Shown in pieces: positions 1-9,542 of a stretch of 64,000 nucleotides of DNA. Under the pieces are notes generated by a model. It saw only the letters and a list, made by a program, of their open reading frames with translations. It did no database searches and was not told the DNA's origin. The DNA lies in the NCBI GenBank assembly GCA_040767965.1, contig JAXGNR010000006.1:96001-160000 (forward strand), in the 5' to 3' direction. The DNA is from Atribacterota bacterium (GTDB lineage: Bacteria; Atribacterota; Phoenicimicrobiia; Phoenicimicrobiales; Stramentimicrobiaceae). Each line of letters begins with the position of its first letter. Position 1 is the first letter of the stretch. The translations under genes and the position numbers were made by a program.

Positions 1-866
1 ATAATTGCAAGTGAAATATAACCAAAAAAGGGATGCATTAAAATACTGTCCAGGTGATTCCTGAATTCTTTTTTTGGTTTAGAAAGCTTAACAACAGATT
101 CATAAAACTGCATTGATAAATGATGCCGCTCTGAAGAAATTATCTCATCAGAACTTCTGTCACGGCATTTTTCTAATTGATTTTGATAATTTTGCACAAT
201 TTTAATAAAATTATCGTTACTAACTTTAATTTCATCAATAAAATGTTGATCATTTTCCAATAACTTTGTTGCTAAAAAACGATCGGTAACATTGAATTTT
301 TCAGCATAATTAGATTTCTTTATATGTTCAGATAAATCTTTTATTACCTGTTCCACATCTCTGCTAAAAGATTGAAATTCACTTTTTATTGGTTTCTGAC
401 CCATTTTATAAACAGTTTCAAATAAACTATTTAATCCCCATCCTTTGTGGGCAATGGCAGTCACCACCGGTACACCTAATAAATTACGATAATTTATCAA
501 TATCAATAATAATGCCTTTTGCTTCAGCTTCATCAATCATATTAAGGCAAATAACAATTGGTAAATTCAATTCCAATAATTGCAGAGTTAGTTCTAAACC
601 TCTACAAAAATAATGCCTTCTACTTCATCTACTTCTTTTCTTAATAAATACTTCCGGGCTTCCAGTTCAGCCAGATCAAAAGAAGTCATGGAATAAGTGC
701 CAGGCAAATCAATAATTTCACTGGTTATCCCCTGGAAAGTCATTTTGCTGCTACTATATTTAACTGTTTTCCCTGGGAAATTAGAGGTAATTGCCTTATA
801 TCCGGCTACATGATTAAAAATAGTACTTTTCCCACAATTAGGTTGTCCCATTAAGGCAATTTTCAT
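1..866 (-). pseudogene. feoB: Ferrous iron transporter B, interrupted by two frame disruptions and running off the window edge
   Basis: N-terminus has G1 GQPNCGKS and G3 DLPGTYS. After ~605 another frame continues CRGLELTLQLLELNLPIVICLNMIDEAEAKGIIIDIDKLS*. After an extra base at ~487 a further frame reads NLLGVPVVTAIAHKGWG...RFLATKLLEND...LDSILMHPFFGY, open to position 1. Downstream of feoA. Confidence 0.85.
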
Positions 867-1096
867 GACTCTACCTCCACTAATATTTTAGCAGCTATTC
901 CCATACCCAAAGCTACTTGATTACCATGTATATTAACCAAAACAGGTCCTTGCATAAAACCACTTTTTTGTAATAACATAATATCCCCGGGGTGTATTCC
1001 TAAGCAACTTAATCTCTGTCTTATCCCCAAACCACCCTTAATCCTTACAACTTTAACTTTACTGCCTGATTTCACATCTGCTAAATTAACTACCAT
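863..1096 (-). CDS. feoA: Ferrous iron transport protein A
   Basis: 77 aa with RQRLSCLGIHPG...GPV...VALG motifs; overlaps the feoB start by 4 nt. Confidence 0.93.
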   Translation of the reverse strand: MVVNLADVKSGSKVKVVRIKGGLGIRQRLSCLGIHPGDIMLLQKSGFMQGPVLVNIHGNQVALGMGIAAKILVEVES

Positions 1097-1143
1097 GGTT
1101 ATTCTAACCTCTTTTAATTCTATTCAATTTTGAATAGCTTTTT

Positions 1144-1581
1144 TCATTTTTTCTGACATTTTTTACAGTAACCTTTAATTCCTAATCGATGTTCTGTAGC
1201 TACAAATTGATGTGCCTGACAAATCCTATTTTGCATTTTTTCCACATCTTCATCATAAAATTCGATGATCTCACCACAATTGACACAAATTAGATGATCA
1301 TGGTGTTTTCTGTTGTAAATTTTTTCATAGAGCACTTTTTCTTTAAAATGCAATGTTTCCATTATGAGTCCACTATCAATTAATAATGGTATAGTTCGAT
1401 AGACTGTAGCAAGAGAAACATTTGACTGGTGTTTTCTGAGCTGTTGATATATTTCATCTGCATCAAAATGATTTTGAAGTTTTATAATCACTTCAATTAT
1501 TTCTTTTCTCTCTATTGTATATTTTAAATCTTTTTCTTTTAGGAATATTTTAAATTTTTCTTTATAAGTAGCCAAAACCAT
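1144..1581 (-). CDS. fur: Fur-family transcriptional regulator
   Basis: SLATVYRT helix, HHDHLICVNC and C-terminal CKKC motifs; precedes feoAB. Confidence 0.9.
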   Translation of the reverse strand: MVLATYKEKFKIFLKEKDLKYTIERKEIIEVIIKLQNHFDADEIYQQLRKHQSNVSLATVYRTIPLLIDSGLIMETLHFKEKVLYEKIYNRKHHDHLICVNCGEIIEFYDEDVEKMQNRICQAHQFVATEHRLGIKGYCKKCQKK

Positions 1582-1593
1582 ACCTCAAATGTG

Positions 1594-1643
1594 ATTGATA
1601 ATCATTCTCAATTATATTTTATTATATTATCTGCTTTTGTCAA
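1594..1643 (-). promoter_or_regulatory. Fur box (1594-1612) and sigma70 promoter of fur-feoAB
   Basis: ATTGATAATCATTCTCAAT matches the 7-1-7 Fur box TGATAATnATTATCA with 1 mismatch. Minus-strand TTGACA (1638-1643), 16 nt spacer, TAAAAT (1616-1621). Confidence 0.75.
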
Positions 1644-1876
1644 GGTAAAAATTAATTTAAAATACTGAGGATTTAAATTACATTAAATCAGAAAATCGAT
1701 GAAATACTTTATATATTAGTAAAAAAGGAAAGTATTTATACAAAAATAACAAAAAACTGAAAAATAATATTTGTGGTGCATTTTTACAGAAAATTAAAAA
1801 TTTAATTTTTAGTTTTATTTAGATTATTTTTAATTGATTTTTTGGTCAATACTGCTGATAGACACTGTTTCTTTGT

Positions 1877-2749
1877 TTAAATTATTTCTAGGAGTAAAGT
1901 CTCTATCTGGCATCCTATATGTTTAGATATAATTTGGCATTTAGTAACCAATAAAAAAAACAAAGGGCTTGCTTTATTTGAAAGAGCCTCATAATTTCCC
2001 TGTCCTTTACTAATTATCATTTCTGCCTCATTAAATAAGCGCATAAATTCAGATGAACAATATTCTAAAACAACTCCTGGTGAATCAGCACCACAAGAAA
2101 TAATTTTTGCATACCGATTAATACCGCAAAAAATAGCATCATCAACCAGAGCACCATTTAAAACCGGCTTCCCTTTTACCACATAGATAACAGTTTTCTT
2201 ATATTTGTCTACAAGTAATTCTATTAATATTCTATCAAAGATTACCTCCCCGGCATTGTCTGCCAGATACAGTATCAGTTGAGAATTAGACAAATGATCC
2301 AGAAAAGCAAGATATTTAAAATGGTTACCGTTATTAAAATCATGAAGAAAATCATACTCAAGCAATGAATCCACTTTTTTCTCTATTGAATTGTCATAAT
2401 CAAAGGTGTAGTCAATAATATTACCAATAATTGCTAATTTTAGAGCAGTTAGAAGCTTATTCTCAGAATTGTTAACTTTATCCTTTATTTTAGGATAAAT
2501 CTTCAGTGCCATTTTGTTGCTGTCTTCTTTAATTTCCCGGTAAGGGTCTTTTTTACCGGTAATTTTGTTAACTAAGGCATAGACCTGCCTGCCCATCTCT
2601 GCTGGGGTAGTATCAAGTGAAAATTTTGGAACCAACTCAGAAAGGCTGTTTAGTACTTCTCTTTGCACCTCTGTACTTGCACCAGACATTTTTGCAGCAT
2701 TCAATGCTTGATTATAAAAACAGGGAATACAATCTAAATATGATCTCAT
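1877..2749 (-). CDS. DUF89/ARMT1-like metal-dependent damage-control phosphatase
   Basis: CIPC N-terminus, DPYREIK, AIIGNIID, YLADNAGE and ISKGQGNYE motifs. Confidence 0.88.
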   Translation of the reverse strand: MRSYLDCIPCFYNQALNAAKMSGASTEVQREVLNSLSELVPKFSLDTTPAEMGRQVYALVNKITGKKDPYREIKEDSNKMALKIYPKIKDKVNNSENKLLTALKLAIIGNIIDYTFDYDNSIEKKVDSLLEYDFLHDFNNGNHFKYLAFLDHLSNSQLILYLADNAGEVIFDRILIELLVDKYKKTVIYVVKGKPVLNGALVDDAIFCGINRYAKIISCGADSPGVVLEYCSSEFMRLFNEAEMIISKGQGNYEALSNKASPLFFLLVTKCQIISKHIGCQIETLLLEII

Positions 2750-2993
2750 TTTTATCTCCTAAAAAACATGTCTTAATTTAATTTTATCTTGCTATAAGCT
2801 AGCATCAATCTATATATCTTTCAGAATGATATTTTTTATGTATTTCCCTTTTAAAAACAAGAATACTTCTAACAATAATTATTGAAATATCATAATCTCT
2901 AATTATTTTAATACTATAACTATCCTTTTTATAATAGCATTTTCAATAACCCAGATAAATTATCAATTAATCTTCACTTTTTAAAAAGCATAC

Positions 2994-3830
2994 TTAGCCT
3001 TTTAATTGTGATAGAATAGACTCAATAATACTATTGAAGGATTGATGTGTTTCGCTTTTACTTTCACTGCATATAAAAGGAAAACCATGATCTCCAGCCT
3101 TTACTATCTGTATGTCAATAGGGATATCACCTAAAAATGGAATCTGATAGTCTTCTGCTGCTTTTTTACCACCACCTGTCATAAATAAATCGATTTTTTC
3201 ACCACAGTTTGGACACTGAAAACCACTCATATTCTCGATTATACCTATAATCGGGATATTTATATCTTTTAAAAATTTAATACACTTCCGGGAATCGGTT
3301 AAGGCAATTTCCTGAGGAGTAGTAACAATAACACCACCATCTAAATCAGGGATAAGCTGACAAATTGATAAAGGTTCATCACCTGTTCCCGGTGGTGAAT
3401 CAATGATTAAAAAATCCAATTTACCCCAATTAACTTCACCTATTAATTGTTTTAAGGCTACACCTTTCAAAGGTCCTCTCCAAACTAAAGGAGTATCTTC
3501 TCCTTCTATTAAAGAAGCCATAGAAACAGCTTTTAAATTTTTTCTAGCATTGATTGGTTCTATAAGACCATCATTACCCACTAATCTTTGTCCATCAAAT
3601 CCTAACATTTTAGCAACAGAAGGCCCATGCAGGTCAGCATCCAGCAAACCAACCTGATATCCTCTTTCTGATAATGCACAGGACAAGTTTACTGAAACGG
3701 AGCTTTTCCCAACTCCACCTTTATTGGACAGGATCAATATTTTATGTTTTATGTTAGACATATTCTGCTTTAATCTTTCATTAAGGTCTTGATTAGCATG
3801 TTCTTGTGACAAATTGTTATTATTATTCAA
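2994..3830 (-). CDS. mrp: Mrp/NBP35 (ApbC) Fe-S cluster carrier ATPase
   Basis: KGGVGKS deviant Walker A, DADLHGPS, WRGP, DSPPGTGD and ENMSGFQCPNC motifs; TTG start. Confidence 0.92.
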   Translation of the reverse strand: MNNNNNLSQEHANQDLNERLKQNMSNIKHKILILSNKGGVGKSSVSVNLSCALSERGYQVGLLDADLHGPSVAKMLGFDGQRLVGNDGLIEPINARKNLKAVSMASLIEGEDTPLVWRGPLKGVALKQLIGEVNWGKLDFLIIDSPPGTGDEPLSICQLIPDLDGGVIVTTPQEIALTDSRKCIKFLKDINIPIIGIIENMSGFQCPNCGEKIDLFMTGGGKKAAEDYQIPFLGDIPIDIQIVKAGDHGFPFICSESKSETHQSFNSIIESILSQLKG

Positions 3831-3909
3831 TATTTATTCCCTTTCTTCTCTTAATACTACTTTTAATTGTCTAAAGAAAAATTAATATTTATATTATTCT
3901 ACTCTACTT

Positions 3910-4314
3910 TTATTTTACTTTTTTATCGCAATCAGCTGACTCTTTATGTTCTTCTTTTGCAATTCCATAACCTTTCCCGGCACCTGGCTGACAGAAAAAT
4001 TCATTTCCCAGTAGTTCTCCATTTAAGTATTTCTCAATAACATCGTTTATTTCACCATTTACTCCACAGATAACCTCGATACCTTCTTCTGCAAAAAGAT
4101 CTAAAGCCTTTTTACCCATACCTCCAGAAATAATTGTCTTTACTTCCTTTTGAGCAAGAAAGCCTGGTAAAAAACCTGTCCGATGTCCAGGATTGGAAAT
4201 TTTTTCCTGGTTAATTATTTTTTTACCTGATATTTCAATTAACAGATAAAATGGACATCTGCCAAAATGTTCAGCTACTTTATTTTCATCAATAGCAATT
4301 GCTATTTTCTTCAT
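3910..4314 (-). CDS. NifB/NifX-family (dinitrogenase FeMo-cofactor-like) metal-binding protein
   Basis: HFGRC motif, NPGH and GGMG. Start moved to MKKIAIAID (ATG 4314, GAGG upstream). Confidence 0.85.
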   Translation of the reverse strand: MKKIAIAIDENKVAEHFGRCPFYLLIEISGKKIINQEKISNPGHRTGFLPGFLAQKEVKTIISGGMGKKALDLFAEEGIEVICGVNGEINDVIEKYLNGELLGNEFFCQPGAGKGYGIAKEEHKESADCDKKVK

Positions 4315-4330
4315 AAATGACCTCTCTTTT

Positions 4331-4696
4331 TTATCTTTGCCCTGAATGCGGGGCAGCATTAGGATGGTTAGCTGGTGTTAAAGTTCCTTCTTTGTATTTT
4401 TGCACTATCTCTTCTATTGTTCCTGTTACGCCTGTAAATATCTCAATACTTGATGAATTCAGGGTACGGAAAGCATTAGGACCACAATGCCCTGTGATAA
4501 CAGCTTTTACTTCTTTGTCAGCAATCATTTGAGCAGACTGTATACCCACACCCCCCATACCGTTTATATTACTATTTTCTAAAACTTCAAAATTATCATT
4601 TTCTATATCATACACAATAAAATAAGGGCATCTTCCAAATCTGGGATCTATCTCACTCTTTAAATCTGGACCTGAAGAAGTAATGGTAATTTTCAT
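4331..4696 (-). CDS. NifB/NifX-family protein (Orange-protein-like)
   Basis: DPRFGRCPYF, GGVGIQSAQ and TGHCGPNAF motifs. Confidence 0.88.
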   Translation of the reverse strand: MKITITSSGPDLKSEIDPRFGRCPYFIVYDIENDNFEVLENSNINGMGGVGIQSAQMIADKEVKAVITGHCGPNAFRTLNSSSIEIFTGVTGTIEEIVQKYKEGTLTPANHPNAAPHSGQR

Positions 4697-4840
4697 AATA
4701 AACTCCTTTTTTATTCTACCCTAATATTAATTATAAACCCTTATAGCAAATTTATAAAAATATTAGTCTTTTTCTTAATTGTTAAACAAAAAAATAAGAT
4801 AAAGATTAAATTATTCTATCTATTTTTCTTGATAAAACTT

Positions 4841-4888
4841 AAATAAATCATCAATATTGTATTTAAATACAATATTGATGATTTATTT
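4841..4888. repeat. 48-bp perfect palindrome downstream of the DUF5320 gene (terminator or mRNA-stabilising hairpin)
   Basis: AAATAAATCATCAATATTGTATTT followed directly by its exact reverse complement. Confidence 0.85.
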
Positions 4889-4914
4889 TTTCTAATCATG
4901 CAATTTTGCTTGTA

Positions 4915-5283
4915 TTATGATTCTTTATCTTTCTTTAATTCAGCTATTCTTTTGTTCACTGCATCCAGTTCGGCCTTAATATCATCAGCTTCTGCTTGCA
5001 ATATATCCATTTCCTGTTTAGGATCTATTGTGCTTTGGTAAGGGTAGTTTGAGCCATAACCAGGATAAAAAGGCTGCATTGGAGGGTAAACAGGATAAAC
5101 GGAACTAAAACCGCATCTATATCCACGACCAACACCTCGTCCAAATCCGCGTCTATATCCCATACCTCCCCGAATACCTGCAGGGTTAGCATATCCTGGA
5201 AAAGTAGACCCAGCACAGTATCCTGCTGATCTTCCAGTCATTGATCCAAATCCTAATGGTCCAGTTCTATCACCACCTGGCAT
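4915..5283 (-). CDS. DUF5320-family Gly/Arg-rich protein with C-terminal coiled coil
   Basis: MPGGDRTGPxGxGxMTGRxAGYC signature; GGAGG SD before ATG 5283. Confidence 0.88.
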   Translation of the reverse strand: MPGGDRTGPLGFGSMTGRSAGYCAGSTFPGYANPAGIRGGMGYRRGFGRGVGRGYRCGFSSVYPVYPPMQPFYPGYGSNYPYQSTIDPKQEMDILQAEADDIKAELDAVNKRIAELKKDKES

Positions 5284-5304
5284 AAAAAACACCTCCTTTT
5301 CATG

Positions 5305-5781
5305 TTATTCTTTTTTTCTACAATCTTTGCATTCTCCATAAAAATGAAGGATGCAATTCTTTATTGAAAAACCATATTTTCGAGAAATTTTTTCTTTCAT
5401 TTTTTTAATAATATCTTGTTCTTCTTCAGTTAATTCATTTGTATCAAAAAAACTTCGGCAATTAATACAAACTAAATGCTGGTGACAGTTCACACCTTCA
5501 ATTTTACCAACTAATTCATATCTGGCTCTACCTTCGCCAGATTCAACTTTCATCACTAAACCATTTTTCATTAAAAAGTCTAGAGTCCTATAAACTGTTG
5601 TTAATCCAATAGCAGGATATAATTTGTATGATCGTAGATATATTTCTTCAGCGCTTAAATGTTTCTCTGCATTACTCAAAATTTGTAAAATAATTCTTCT
5701 GGGTATAGTAACCCGATGACCTCTTCCTCTAAAACGTCCTGGCCAGTTTTCAGGTAAATGATTGCTAAATTTTTCATTCAT
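5305..5781 (-). CDS. Second Fur-family regulator
   Basis: HLSAEEIY, IGLTTVYRTL, HQHLVCINC and CKDC motifs; start at MNEKF after an AAGGAAG SD. Confidence 0.88.
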   Translation of the reverse strand: MNEKFSNHLPENWPGRFRGRGHRVTIPRRIILQILSNAEKHLSAEEIYLRSYKLYPAIGLTTVYRTLDFLMKNGLVMKVESGEGRARYELVGKIEGVNCHQHLVCINCRSFFDTNELTEEEQDIIKKMKEKISRKYGFSIKNCILHFYGECKDCRKKE

Positions 5782-5796
5782 TTTACAATCTTCCTT

Positions 5797-5847
5797 ATTG
5801 ATAATGATTACCATTAACATAATAGTAATTTTTTGCTATCATGTCAA
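5797..5847 (-). promoter_or_regulatory. Fur box (5797-5815) and sigma70 promoter
   Basis: TGATAAT-G-ATTACCA 7-1-7 repeat next to the SD; minus-strand TTGACA (5842-5847), N17, TATTAT (5819-5824). Confidence 0.75.
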
Positions 5848-5855
5848 GTTTTTAT

Positions 5856-5899
5856 AACAAAAAAAAGAGATGGTTTTTTACCACCTCTTTTTTTTTGTT
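5856..5899 (-). terminator. Intrinsic terminator after the COG2403 gene
   Basis: Minus strand AGAGGTGG-loop-CCATCTCT followed by a long T tract. Confidence 0.75.
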
Positions 5900-5973
5900 T
5901 TCAGTATTCTTCTGAATCATTCTATCCAAGAAAATAATTCATGATTAATTTATTTTAAAATATTTTTTTCTGC

Positions 5974-7299
5974 TTATATTTTTTGTACTATCTTTTTCAT
6001 TAGCAATTCTCGGAGGTCAGGTTTCCCGATTTCCTGTAATTCATATTTGATCCTGACCCATTTTTTATTAATTGTCATTACCCGACTTAAATCAATAGGT
6101 GTACCTATAATTACCAATTCAGCATCACAACTATTAATAGTAGCTTCCAGTTCTTTGATTTGCTCTTTTCCATAGCCCATCGCGGGTAGCAAATTACCAA
6201 TATGAGGATATTTTTGGTAGGTTTTCTTAATGCTTCCCACTGCAAAAGGTCTTGGATCAACAATTTTTATTGCTCCGAATTTTTTTGCAGCAACTATACC
6301 GGCACCAAATGTCATTTCTCCATGGGTTAAAGTAGGGCCATCTTCAACCACAATCACTTTTTTTCCTCTAATACTTTCTGTTTGGTTAACGGTAACAGGT
6401 GAAGCTGCTTCAATTAAAAATGCTTTTGGTGCATTTGAAAAAATATTTTCTCTTAATAAAGAAATATTTTCCGGGTTAGCGGTATCGATTTTATTTATTA
6501 TAACTATATCGGCCATTTTTAAATTTACAGCACCAGGGTAATATGATTTTTCATGACCAACTCGATGTGGATCTGTTACAACTATGTTTATATCTGGTTT
6601 ATAAAAAGATAAATCATTATTTCCACCATCCCAGATTATTATGTCAGCTTCTTTTTCGGCTTGTTTTAAAATTTCTTTATAATCCACTCCTGCAAAAAGA
6701 ATATTACCCATATCAATATGAGGCTCATATTCTTCTCTTTCTTCAATAGTACATTCATATTTATTTAAATCTTCATAACTCTCATAACGCTGACAAATTT
6801 GTTTTGTTAAATCGCCATAAGGCATAGGATGTCTGATAATAACTATTTTTTTACCCATTTCTTTCAAGATTTGGGCTACTTTCCTGGTAGTTTGACTCTT
6901 CCCGCAACCAGTACGGACTGCGCATACTGAGACAACTGGTACTTTTGCTTCCAGCATTGTGTTATCAGGACCCATCAGTCTAAAATCGGCACCAGCAGCT
7001 AAAATAGTTGATGCCTTCTCCATAACATATTGATGTGGCAGATCGCTGTAGGCAAGTATAACCTGATTAATCTGATATTCTTTAATTAATCCTTCCAATT
7101 CTTCTTCTGCAAAAATAGGAATCCCTGCCGGATATAATTCTCCGCTTAATTCAGCTGGGTACTTTCTATCAGCTATATCTGGAATTTGAGTTGCAGTAAA
7201 AGCCTGTACCTGATAATCCTTATTGTTTCGAAAGTATACATTAAAATTATGGAAATCTCTTCCTGCAGCTCCCATAATAATAACATTCTGTTTTTTCAA
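5974..7299 (-). CDS. COG2403 P-loop protein (cyclic 2,3-diphosphoglycerate synthetase-like; likely arginine synthetase ArcE family)
   Basis: IMGAAGRDFHNFN, AVRTGCGKSQT, RHPMPYG, TIEEREEYE, WDGGNND and EDGPTLTHG motifs; TTG start after GGAGG. Confidence 0.8.
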   Translation of the reverse strand: MKKQNVIIMGAAGRDFHNFNVYFRNNKDYQVQAFTATQIPDIADRKYPAELSGELYPAGIPIFAEEELEGLIKEYQINQVILAYSDLPHQYVMEKASTILAAGADFRLMGPDNTMLEAKVPVVSVCAVRTGCGKSQTTRKVAQILKEMGKKIVIIRHPMPYGDLTKQICQRYESYEDLNKYECTIEEREEYEPHIDMGNILFAGVDYKEILKQAEKEADIIIWDGGNNDLSFYKPDINIVVTDPHRVGHEKSYYPGAVNLKMADIVIINKIDTANPENISLLRENIFSNAPKAFLIEAASPVTVNQTESIRGKKVIVVEDGPTLTHGEMTFGAGIVAAKKFGAIKIVDPRPFAVGSIKKTYQKYPHIGNLLPAMGYGKEQIKELEATINSCDAELVIIGTPIDLSRVMTINKKWVRIKYELQEIGKPDLRELLMKKIVQKI

Positions 7300-7381
7300 A
7301 TCTATTCCTCCTGATTAAATTTAATTAAATTGTAATATGCATTTTTAATAAATCAATTCTATTTTTAATAAATTAAAATAA

Positions 7382-7436
7382 TAAGCAATCTATCTGACAA
7401 CAAAAAGAAAAATATTCAAAAATGATAGATTGCTTA
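7382..7436 (-). terminator. 13-bp inverted repeat between the transporter and the COG2403 gene (possible terminator)
   Basis: TAAGCAATCTATC ... GATAGATTGCTTA with a 29-nt loop and a T-rich tail on the minus strand. Confidence 0.5.
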
Positions 7437-7464
7437 AATTTCATTTATTAACTTTTTTCAATAT

Positions 7465-9126
7465 TTATTTTATTTTCTTCTCCTGCGCTTCCTGCAAAGG
7501 AAATTTTATCCCCAGTTGTTTGGCAGATATGGAAGACAGCAAATATATAGCAATATATAATAAAACTACACCTATTACTAAATCTATGATAACCGGTACT
7601 CCAATACCTGCCAGAATATAACAAATAGCTGCTATCAATGCTACAGTAAACGCATAAGGAATTTGAGTTCTAACATGATCGATATGGTCAGACCCGGCAA
7701 AAGTTGAGGACATAACTGTAGTATCAGATATAGGACTACAATGATCACCCATAACCGCACCAGTTAATACACTTGAAATTACAATAGGTAAAGCAGCTCC
7801 AACGCTTACTCCTAAAGGGATGACAATTGGGGTAACAATTGCCATAGTGCCCCAGGAAGTACCAGTTGAGATTGCCACCAGAGCTGAAACTATAAATGTA
7901 ATTATTGGTAGGATTACAGGAGATAAGAATCCTCCTAAGACTCCTACTATGTACGGAGCAGTCCCTAGCTCATCACATATACTGCCAATTGACCAGGCAG
8001 TAATTAATATTAAAGTTGCATATACCATCATCCTTGCTCCATTCATAAAAGAGTCCATAATTTCTGCTACCGAAGCAATTTTTTGAACAATATACATTAT
8101 CATTGCAATTATAAAAGAGATCAAGGTTGCCAATAGTATTGAAAACATGGAATCTGCATCAGATATAGCCTGTGAGAAAGAACCAGCCTCACTGCCTCCT
8201 CCTGTAGACCACATAAAATAAAATGATAATAATACTAATAAAACAATAGGCAACCACAGGTTTATTGGCTTTAAAGAAGCCTTTTCTGCTACTTTTAATT
8301 CTGATGTTCCGGATAAAGGTCTAGAATCTTGCGCCCAGAGTTCCCCGGTAGTTCTTGCTCTTATTTCTGCTTTTAACATTGGACCATAATCTCTACCAGT
8401 ATAAGCAATTATTCCCACCATTAGAATGGCAAAGATGGAATAAAAACTATAAGGAATACTGCTTAACCAGAGAAAATACGGGGAAACAGTGATAGTTTCC
8501 GGAAGAGCATCTCCTATTATCCCAACCTGATAGCCAATCCAGGTAGAAATAAGAAATATTGAAGAAACCGGAGCGGCAGTTGAATCTACAATATAAGCTA
8601 ATTTTTCTCTAGAAACCTGATATTTATCAGAAAGAGGACGGAATAAATTTCCAATAAAAGCTGAGTTAGCATAATCATCAATAAAAATCACAATTCCTCC
8701 TAACCAGGAAAAAAGCTGTGCCATTTTAGAATTATGAGCCTTTTTACTAACTGATTCTAAAAATGCCTGTCCTCCTCCAGAAAAAAAGATCATACCCATC
8801 AATCCGCCAACTAAAAAGAAAAAGAGAATAATACTGGCATTCCAGGAATCGGCTACGGAAGAAACTAAAGTGCTGGCTGTAGTGTTGACTCCCGCCCAAA
8901 GATTTCCACCATTCAGGATAGTACCACCAACCCAAACAGCAATAAACAAAGATATCAAAGCTTCCTTTAATATCATGCACAATGTAATAGCCAAAATAGG
9001 AGGTACTAAAGACCAGATGCCGAAGTTACCCTCAGCCACATCTTCATTTGCTCCAACGGTTATAGATAAGAACAATAGAATAAAAAATATAAAACAAAAT
9101 GTGAAAATACTTCTTTTACGAAACAT
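7465..9126 (-). CDS. NhaC-family (LysW-like) amino acid transporter
   Basis: IFIDDYAN, SREKLAYIVDSTAAP, TGTSWGT, GDHCSPISDTT and HIDHVRTQIPY motifs; multiple TM helices; lysine riboswitch upstream. Confidence 0.88.
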   Translation of the reverse strand: MFRKRSIFTFCFIFFILLFLSITVGANEDVAEGNFGIWSLVPPILAITLCMILKEALISLFIAVWVGGTILNGGNLWAGVNTTASTLVSSVADSWNASIILFFFLVGGLMGMIFFSGGGQAFLESVSKKAHNSKMAQLFSWLGGIVIFIDDYANSAFIGNLFRPLSDKYQVSREKLAYIVDSTAAPVSSIFLISTWIGYQVGIIGDALPETITVSPYFLWLSSIPYSFYSIFAILMVGIIAYTGRDYGPMLKAEIRARTTGELWAQDSRPLSGTSELKVAEKASLKPINLWLPIVLLVLLSFYFMWSTGGGSEAGSFSQAISDADSMFSILLATLISFIIAMIMYIVQKIASVAEIMDSFMNGARMMVYATLILITAWSIGSICDELGTAPYIVGVLGGFLSPVILPIITFIVSALVAISTGTSWGTMAIVTPIVIPLGVSVGAALPIVISSVLTGAVMGDHCSPISDTTVMSSTFAGSDHIDHVRTQIPYAFTVALIAAICYILAGIGVPVIIDLVIGVVLLYIAIYLLSSISAKQLGIKFPLQEAQEKKIK

Positions 9127-9271
9127 TGCTAATTATTTCTCCTTCTTAATTTTATTAAAATTAATTATCGTCTTTACACTCAACTAGCAACCTTGAACCA
9201 TTTTATTATCTATAATCAGCTCCTTTCTTTTTTATTTCGCTGTTTTACTGATAAAAGAAAAAGTTAGTAAA

Positions 9272-9314
9272 CAAAAAGAGCAATCAATAAGCGCTGAGCT
9301 CATCGATTGCTCTT
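9272..9314 (-). terminator. Riboswitch-controlled intrinsic terminator
   Basis: Minus strand AAGAGCAATCGATGAG...CTTATTGATTGCTCTTTTTGTTT. Confidence 0.85.
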
Positions 9315-9358
9315 GATAAAAAGTAAATTAATTTGTACCTCCCTTTTGTCTCTCCTCG

Positions 9359-9542
9359 ATGAGATAGCGCACCATCAAAGACCGGGAGCTGTCTTTGATG
9401 ACAGTGCTATGATTGTTGATCATAGTCCCAGCCTGGATCCTAGAGCATCAGATGCCAGACTTCGGCGAAGATTCCTTTTCTGATAATTCATTGCTGCTCA
9501 GCTCATTATCAGTACTCTTAATCATTCGCGCCTCTACCCCAC
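9359..9542 (-). ncRNA. Lysine riboswitch (L-box) aptamer
   Basis: Minus strand carries the conserved boxes in order: GGTAGAGGCGCG, AAGAGTA, GAAAAGG, GCCGAA, CTGGG, ACTGTC, GGTGCGCTATC. P1 is GUGGGGUAG/CUAUCUCAU. Promoter TTGACT (9607-9612), N17, TGnTAGTTT. Confidence 0.92.

Noticed and set aside
594-866. 90-aa ORF as a standalone small GTPase
   Set aside because: FeoB homology continues in other frames to the window edge, so it is a fragment.
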